From contig NC_043003.1 in assembly GCF_006345805.1 (NCBI RefSeq), positions 85,684,001 through 85,748,000 of the forward strand: a stretch of DNA of 64,000 nucleotides, given 5' to 3'. Positions within the stretch are counted from its first letter, which is position 1. Each line of letters begins with the position of its first letter. This stretch comes from Octopus sinensis (taxonomy: Eukaryota). The translations under genes were made by a program, and so were the position numbers. Shown here piece after piece: positions 56,228-64,000 of the stretch. The notes under the pieces are model-generated. The model was not told where the DNA came from. It did not search any database and saw only the letters and a program-made list of their open reading frames with translations.

Positions 56228-56502
56228 ACTAATGTAGGATAAAATGTTTTCGAAAAAAAAAATTATCAATGGCCAGCATATCAAAAAATACCTTTAAAGG
56301 TTAAATTTATAAATTCTCAAATATATATATATGTATGTGTGTGTGTGTGTGTATGTGTGTATGTGTGTGTGTGTGTGTGTGTGGGGGGGGGGGTTCTACC
56401 CCTCCTTCTTTCTCACCCTCTCCCACTTTCTCTCTGTCCCTATATATATATATATTTATATTTATATATATGTGTGTGTGTATATATATATATATATATA
56501 CA

Positions 56503-56539
56503 TGTGTGCTAATTTGTGGACGTGCATAAATTACATTCA

Positions 56540-56583
<44 letters not shown>

Positions 56584-57077
56584 CACACACACATCCTGCC
56601 TTTTATAGACAAATAGATAAATAAGTGATTTAAAATAAATATATTTTAATTGTTGTGTGAGAAAATATATATAATCCAATTATAAAACGTAATGTATTTC
56701 AAAAACATCCTAAATTTGAAGACTATATCTCGTGTTTAAGAAAAAAATTTACACTTTTATTTTTGATGAACTCTGTCACTTACTCTTTCTCCCTCACACA
56801 CATACATCAACACACAACTTCTCTCTCTCTTCCCCACCACACGCACATTTTCACTCCGCTATGGCATGAAGGGGACTTAACTTATGTTAGCAAACTTCAA
56901 AATTGGTAAAAGTTATGATTGAAAATCGATTTTTACCTCTATTCGCAGGTGCCTCGGGAAGAATAAATTAACAAAAACCCAGCTAGGGTTATGATGAATG
57001 TCCTCCTAAAATTGGAGCGAGATGCGTGCTAATATGTGGACGTATATAAATTACATTCACGTACACACACACACACA

Positions 57078-57117
<40 letters not shown>

Positions 57118-57132
57118 CCTGCCTTTTATAGA
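56503..57132 (+). repeat. Local direct duplication of ~110 bp (56503-56609 and 57023-57132)
   Basis: tgctaat.tgtggacgt.cataaattacattcacgta(CA)n atcctgccttttataga occurs twice. Confidence 0.8.
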
Positions 57133-57147
57133 TATATAGATATATAT

Positions 57148-57270
<123 letters not shown>

Positions 57271-57807
57271 TACGTATATATATGTATATGTATGTGTGTA
57301 TGCATGTCTTTGTCTATCTATCTACTTCATTAGATGTGGGTTCATTAAAACAACGTTAAAATTCCTTTACTGTAGATTACTATAGACGTAACGAACACAG
57401 AAACACACACACATAAACACACACACTCATAGAATTGATAATATTGAAAACAGCAAAACGTACACACACGAAGTTTAAACCGTCTAGTAGAAATGACAAA
57501 AAGGGGACAAAATACGATAAAATATATTTACGAACATATGTTACACACTTTGATTATTTGATTTTGATTTCACTTTTCTTTTCTTTCCCTTCTTTACGAC
57601 TGGCCATTTTTGCGGTGACTAGCTTAAAAATTCATTTATTTATTCCCTGCGACAACGTAAATTACGTTGAGGTATCAAAGATCTGAAGATTAGCTAAGTT
57701 ACTTTTGTGTTCGTTACTACTAACTGATAAACTTCAGGCTGTTATGAAACATTTGCAGTCTTTATTTTACGTGATCCACTTCTTATCGTTTGGATAGATC
57801 GATATAT

Positions 57808-57895
57808 ATGTGTGTGTGTGTGTATATATATATGCACACACACACTCTACATCTGCACAGATACTCAGTGATGATGATGATGATGATATAATAAA
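57808..57895 (+). repeat. ~87-bp direct repeat, second copy at 63123-63208
   Basis: (GT)n ata...cacacacac..tctacat.tgcacaga.actcagt(GAT)n ataataaa. Confidence 0.75.
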
Positions 57896-59505
57896 TGTTG
57901 GAAGAGGGGCCTTGAAAATCTACCAGATAGATGGAAGAGCATTGTAGAAAATGAAAGTATATTTTAGATTAAAAAAGAATTTTGCTTATCTTAGTATTGA
58001 AATATAAAAGAAGTATAAATAAACCTCATTATTTATATATATGTATATATGTATATATGTGTGTGTATGCACGTATGTATGTATGTATGTATGTATGTAT
58101 GTATGTATGTATGTATGTATTTATATATGTATGTATGCATGCATGCATGTATGTATGTACGTATGTATGTGTGTAAGTGTGCATACACGCGCAAATATAT
58201 TTACTTGAAGTTTTTGAAAGCGGATCACATGCTAAATAAAAGAACTCTATATTTGGACCTTGTAAGAAGAATATTTAATATTAATTTATTTGTATCAATG
58301 TTTATAACTTTGTATCATTCCCCTTAAAAATATTCAGAACTTATGGAAGAAACATGTAGCATATATTTTGATATATTAAGAAGAAAAGGGAAGCAAAAAT
58401 GGTGAAAGCAACTAAGAGTGATAAAGAAAGGAGTCAGTGTGAAAGCTTAAGACAAAAATGCAATTGATTAGCTCTAGGTTTGAATTTAATTAGAGAAATT
58501 TAGATTATTGGTGACAAGCAGGATGACCAATAGCAAATATTAAACCATTATGTAAGTTTAACATTCCGAATGTGCAACCAAATATCGAGACCTCTATATT
58601 AAATTTAAAAGAATATATTTTGAAGTGTGAACAAGTAAAAATTCAGTTTAAGTAATGAAAAATTATGAAGCTGTATAGGCTTGGATAAGAACCTTCAGAT
58701 TTCATTAGAATATTGTAACGCTTGTTAAGTCCACTACTGATCAGTTGGAATAAAAATTTCAAAGAACAGTATTCATTGAAGAGAAGCAAGAAGGATCTAT
58801 TTGACTTAATACGAATAGGCTTAATTAGGTCAAATGATTACACAATGACGCTCATTAAATTGAGAATCTTAAGAATACAGACTAAGTAAAGAAGATAGGT
58901 AATAAATTAGAAGTTAAAAAGAAGTGGGAAAATTCTGTAGAATAGCATAGAATAGTATAGAACATTATGGTAGATCGTTTAAAATGAACGTATGTGGACT
59001 ATTGAAGTTCTAGTACTAAGAACGACATAACTAGGGCATTATGATTGCGTGAGAGGAAAAAAATATGAGAAAAGAAAAATGAAATATAGAAAATGCAATA
59101 AGAAAGCGAGATGTGAACAATTGTAAAAATACTTGTCAAGTCAAATAAGTGCATACAGCCAGAAAAGATTCATTATTTAGATGCAAATGTATCAAGCTAT
59201 ATCAAGATGTGACTATATAAGCGGAAATATATTTAAAATAGCGTAAAGAGTTAAGCATAGTTGAGGAAAACTCAAAAGTGCATTTGGAAAAAATAAAATA
59301 AATAAGGAATGCGTAAATATTAATGAAAAGAGTATACTCGAATATGATATAAAAGTTGCAGAAATGTGAACATGTAAAACTTATGTAAGCATAAACTCAC
59401 AAAGCCGTATGCGTACATTTATATCTAAACATGCATATACACATACACATCTAAATATACGTATATGACATATACATATATAATACATACATACGTATGT
59501 ACATA

Positions 59506-60769
59506 CAGGGGTTGGACAAAATAATGGAAACACCTACCATCACAGCATCATAATTTTGAAATATCTATAAAACCGTTAAAAGATTGTTTATTTTTATGTT
59601 TTTTAAAATTTATTATTAGTGTTGCTTAATACGTTTTGCTAAAATTGCTGTTTTTTTTTCAGATATCATCAGAAAAAGGTAATTAAAATTCATTAAAATG
59701 ACAGATCTATTGGACTTTCAAAGAGATCAAATGGTTGGTGCTCGTAAGGTAGGCGCTAGCGTAACGAAAATAGCCGAAATGTTTGGTATATCAAGAAGTA
59801 CTGTCTCGAAACTAACGACAGCCTTTGAGAAAGAGGGAAAAACCTCCTCGTCGAAACAAAACTCCGGAAGAAAACCAAAACTTTCAGATAGGGACCGTCG
59901 GACTTTTACACGAATTGTTAGAAAGGATCACAAAAGTACAGGTCCCAAAATTACTGCAGAGCTTAATTATCACCCCGAGAACCCAGTTTCCACAAAATCT
60001 GTTCGCCGGGAGCTGCACAAAGCCTGGTTTCACAGGAGGGCAAGCTATCAGAAAACCACTACTTTCGGAAACAAACGTTTAGAGTAGAGTAAAAACCTAT
60101 TGAATTGGTCCCTAGAGCAGTGGAAGAATGTTATTTTCTCGGACGAGTCATTCTTTACCTTATTTCCGACCACCGACCGAGTATACGTGTGGAGACAACT
60201 AAAAGAAGCATTTGACCCAGACTGCTTTCTTCCAACTGCTAAACATGGAGTAGGATCTGTGATGATCTGTGGGGCTATATCTTGGAAATCCACCGGCCCA
60301 ATGATTTCCCTTCATGTCAGAATTGATAGTCAAGTCTATTTAAACATTTTATTTGATCAAATTCATCCTATGGTTCCAGAACTGTTTCCAGAGGGAAATA
60401 TAATCTTTCAGAATGATAATGCACCAATTCACACAGCTAAAGTTGTTACTGAATGGCACGTGGAACATTCTAGTGAAGTTGAACATCTTATCTGGCCACC
60501 ACAGATCCCAGATCTCAATATTATCGAACAATTATGGTGCATTTTAGAAAAACGAGTAAGGAGTCAATATCCTCCACCATCATCACTACAAGAACTGGAG
60601 ACTCTTTTAGCTGAATAATGGACAAAAATTGCTTTGGAAACAATTTAAACTTTGTACGAGTCCATACCGCGTAGAATTCAAGCTGTAATTACTACCAATG
60701 GCGGTCCTACCCAATATTAAAATAAATTTGTTTGAAATTTTAAGGTGCCTCCATTATTTTGTTCAATCC

Positions 60770-60772
<3 letters not shown>
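59506..60772 (+). mobile_element. Full-length Tc1-like DD36E transposon (1267 bp), transposase frameshifted
   Basis: TA TSDs; TIR caggggttggacaaaataatggaaacacct vs aggtgcctccattattttgttcaatccctg; ORFs 59698-60087 and 60100-60618 with FSDES, QNDNAPIH, PDLNIIE. Confidence 0.93.
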
Positions 60773-60860
<88 letters not shown>

Positions 60861-60899
60861 CTATATATATATATATATATATATAGATATATATATATA

Positions 60900-61235
60900 G
60901 TAATACTAAGTAATTAAGGGTTTAGCAACGATTTGCCTCACCACACACCGAATTTAGAAATAGCAGTCAAAGAGTTATAGCTATTCTTTCTACTAAAAGG
61001 GAGATCTCAGTAAAACCGCTGCGGTTTTACTGAGATCTCCCTTTTAGTAGAAAGAATAGCTATAACTCTTTGACTGCTATTTCTAAATTCGGTGTGTGGT
61101 GAGGCAAATCGTTGCTAAACCCTTAATTACTTAGTACTACTTAAACTTTCCTCGAATGAGGCTTTTACATGCCGAAATCTACTTGGTGAAATTAATGATT
61201 ATTCCAAATTAATTAATTTCACCCTATATTATTAC
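60900..61235. mobile_element. Variant fragment of the 595-bp HHR-unit family with a 120-bp fold-back
   Basis: 60900-61019 pairs with 61021-61140 (1 mismatch, 1-nt spacer); diverged match to part of the unit; flanked by (TA)n. Confidence 0.8.
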
Positions 61236-62276
61236 TGATAACTATATATATATATATACTAAGCAATAAAGGGTTTAGCAACGAATTGCCTTACCACATA
61301 CCGAATTTAGAAATAGCAGTCAAAGAGTTATAGCTATTTCTTCTACTAAAAAGGGAGATCTCAGTAAAAACAGCAATTGGAAGGCAGACACAAACAGGTA
61401 AGAGAGAATGAATTGACGGCAATCTATCATACAATTTTAAGTTAGCTACGGACGTACGTTTCGAAATCAAGTTTTTAGGAAAGCATAAGAATTAAATAAT
61501 AAAATATAAATAATTCTATCTCACCAAAACTTCTTTTCTCTCAGCGTAGGATACTATAATCATAAATGATTATATATTGAATTTTGAGATACTAGAAGGC
61601 ACCAACTCAACTCAGTATCAGAGCGAGCTAGAACCCGCAACTAGTATCACCAAATTCAATGTTTGAATGAAAGATTGTGTCACCAGCCCCTTCCCACCCG
61701 CGTGTAGCCCAAAACAAGATGCTGTGGTCATCTACTGAGATAAAATATGGTATCCGTAATAATGAAGGGTGAATTAATTAATTTGGAATAATTATCATTA
61801 CACCAAGTAGTCTTCGGCATGTAAAAGCCTCATTCGAGGAAAATTAAGTAATACTAAGCAATAAAGGGTTTAGCAACGAATTGCCTTACCACATACCGAA
61901 TTTAGAAATAGCAGTCAAAGAGTTATAGCTATTTCTTCTACTAAAAAGGGAGATCTCAGTAAAAACAGCAATTGGAAGGCAGACACAAACAGGTAAGAGA
62001 GAATGAATTGACGGCAATCTATCATACAATTTTAAGTTAGCTACGGACGTACGTTTCGAAATCAAGTTTTTAGGAAAGCATAAGAATTAAATATTAAATA
62101 TTAAATAATTCTATCTCTATCTCGCGGGTGGGAAGGGGCTGGTGACACAATCTTTTCATTCAAACATTGAATTTGGTGATACTAGTTGCGGGTTCTAGCT
62201 CGCTCTGATACTGAGTTGAGTTGGTGCCTTCTAGTATCTCAAAATTCAATATATAATCATTTATGATTATAGTATT

Positions 62277-62381
62277 CTACGCTGAAGAGAAAAGAAGTTT
62301 TGGTGAGATAGAATTATTTAATATTTAATATTTAATTCTTATGCTTTCCTAAAAACTTGATTTCGAAACGTACGTCCGTAG
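62277..62381 (+). ncRNA. Type I hammerhead ribozyme, intact
   Basis: Stem I CTACG/CGTAG, CTGAAGA 62282-62288, long stem II closed by GAAA/TTTC, GAAA 62365-62368, palindromic ACGTACGT stem III, GUC site 62374-62376. Confidence 0.88.
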
Positions 62382-62869
62382 CTAACTTAAAATTGTATGA
62401 TAGATTGCCGTCAATTCATTCTCTCTTACCTGTTTGTGTCTGCCTTCCAATTGCTGTTTTTACTGAGATCTCCCTTTTTAGTAGAAGAAATAGCTATAAC
62501 TCTTTGACTGCTATTTCTAAATTCGGTATGTGGTAAGGCAATTCGTTGCTAAACCTTTATTGCTTAGTTACTTAAATTTTCCTCGAATGAGGCTTTTACA
62601 TGCCGAAGACTACTTGGTGTAATTGATAATTATTCCAAATTAATTAATTTCACCCTTCATTATTACGGATACCATATTTTATCTCAGTAGATGACCACAG
62701 CATCTTGTTTTGGCTACACGCGGGTGGGAAGGGGCTGGTGACACAATCTTTTCATTCAAACATTGAATTGGTGATACTAGTTGCGGGTTCTAGCTCGCTC
62801 TGATACTGAGTTGAGTTGGTGCCTTCTAGTATCTCAAAATTATATATAATCATTTATGATTATAGTATT

Positions 62870-62974
62870 CTACGCTGAAGAGAAAAGAAGTTTTGGTGAG
62901 ATAGAATTATTTAATATTTAATATTTAATTCTTATGCTTTCCTAAAAACTTGATTTCGAAACGTACGTCCGTAG
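62870..62974 (+). ncRNA. Type I hammerhead ribozyme, intact second tandem copy
   Basis: Same motif; GUC site 62967-62969. Confidence 0.88.
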
Positions 62975-63604
62975 CTAACTTAAAATTGTATGATAGATTG
63001 CCGTCAATTCATTCTCTCTTACCTGTTGTGTCTGCCTTCCAATAATTGCTGTTTTTACTGAGGATCACCTTTTAGTAGAAGAGAAATAGCTATAACTCTT
63101 TGACTGCTATTCTAAATTCGGTATGTGTGTGTGTGTGTGTATATACACACACACACATTCTACATATGCACAGACACTCAGTGATGATGATGATGATGAT
63201 ATAATAAAAATAGCAACAACAACAGTAGTGATAATTATAATGGACTCAATCGTCGAAGACGACGTTCAGTCTTTGCCGAACAACCTACAAAAATGATTTG
63301 TTTATAGTGATCAAATGCATGTGCTGTACCTTAGCTCACTCTTTCTATCAAAATAACGTTGCCTGAACAGGTGCACGGTCTACCACGCGTCAGGTGTCGA
63401 AGTGATCTCAGAACAAGGTGAGATGAAGTTGTCTAGGAATCGCAGCCACGATTTCGCGATCGTGAGTGCAACGTCCTAACCATTAAATTTTAATGTAACT
63501 GGCTGAGTATTCCATATACACACACTTGTATCTTTAATGTAATTCTCAAGGGGAATCAACATGACTGTGGAAAGGTTGCCCCTTTAAATTACAAGCGGAG
63601 TCAA

Positions 63605-63778
63605 TCCGGGGTGAGGAAAGGCTTCTGCAGTTTTCGTTTACTGAGTTTCACATTCAAATCTTGGGCCAAACTAAGGCTTTGGCAAAAGACACTGGCCTGG
63701 GATGCCACACAGTGGGATCAAGCCCGGTCTCTTACCATTGCAAGCGAACTTCTTAACCATACAGTCATGCTTGCCTCT
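63605..63778 (-). mobile_element. Decayed tRNA-SINE family A, 5' half
   Basis: Reverse-complement similarity to the head and core. Confidence 0.5.
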
Positions 63779-63917
63779 AGATGTATATATACGTACTTAT
63801 TCGCTGACGCACGCACCCCCCCATACGCCCCCACACCCTCGCGCACTCACACATATGTAAATATACATGCATACATACACATACATACATACATACATAC
63901 ATCCATACATACATACA

Positions 63918-63950
<33 letters not shown>

Positions 63951-64000
63951 TTATATAAAGTATTGGATATGGATTCAGAGAATCGTGTTGCTATGACAGC

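Larger units (their letters stand above)
61258..63122. mobile_element. Inverted and tandem array of a ~595-bp non-coding hammerhead-ribozyme unit (PLE pLTR / retrozyme-like)
   Basis: Minus arm 61258-62117 (period 595), plus arm 62123-63122 (period 593); HHRs at 61446-61549(-), 62277-62381(+), 62870-62974(+), half copy from 62041(-). Confidence 0.88.

Overview
Eukaryotic, AT-rich, microsatellite-dense genomic DNA. The repeat landscape looks like an octopus (cephalopod) genome; this is an inference. The only host coding sequence I can support is the last two exons of a C-terminal-motor kinesin (kinesin-14, KIFC1-like; 37-186 and 6588-6632). The rest is intergenic and filled with mobile DNA: a CR1-type LINE, a Tx1-type LINE, several tRNA-SINE families, an RTE-tailed minisatellite retroposon, two DD36E Tc1-like elements, mariner, maT and hAT remnants, and Merlin-like and Kolobok-like MITEs. 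The main unexplained signal is a window-wide set of Penelope-like element (PLE) derivatives carrying minimal type I hammerhead ribozymes (HHRs). These include a non-coding ~595-bp HHR unit arranged as an inverted and tandem array (61258-63122), whose two intact same-strand ribozymes would release a 593-nt monomer (retrozyme-like). They also include a tRNA-headed SINE with an internal HHR (34904-35235), several dispersed intact or decayed HHRs, PLE RT and GIY-YIG fragments, and many long fold-back palindromes. Most long ORFs in the supplied track are microsatellite artefacts. Element boundaries are approximate unless TSDs or TIRs are quoted.
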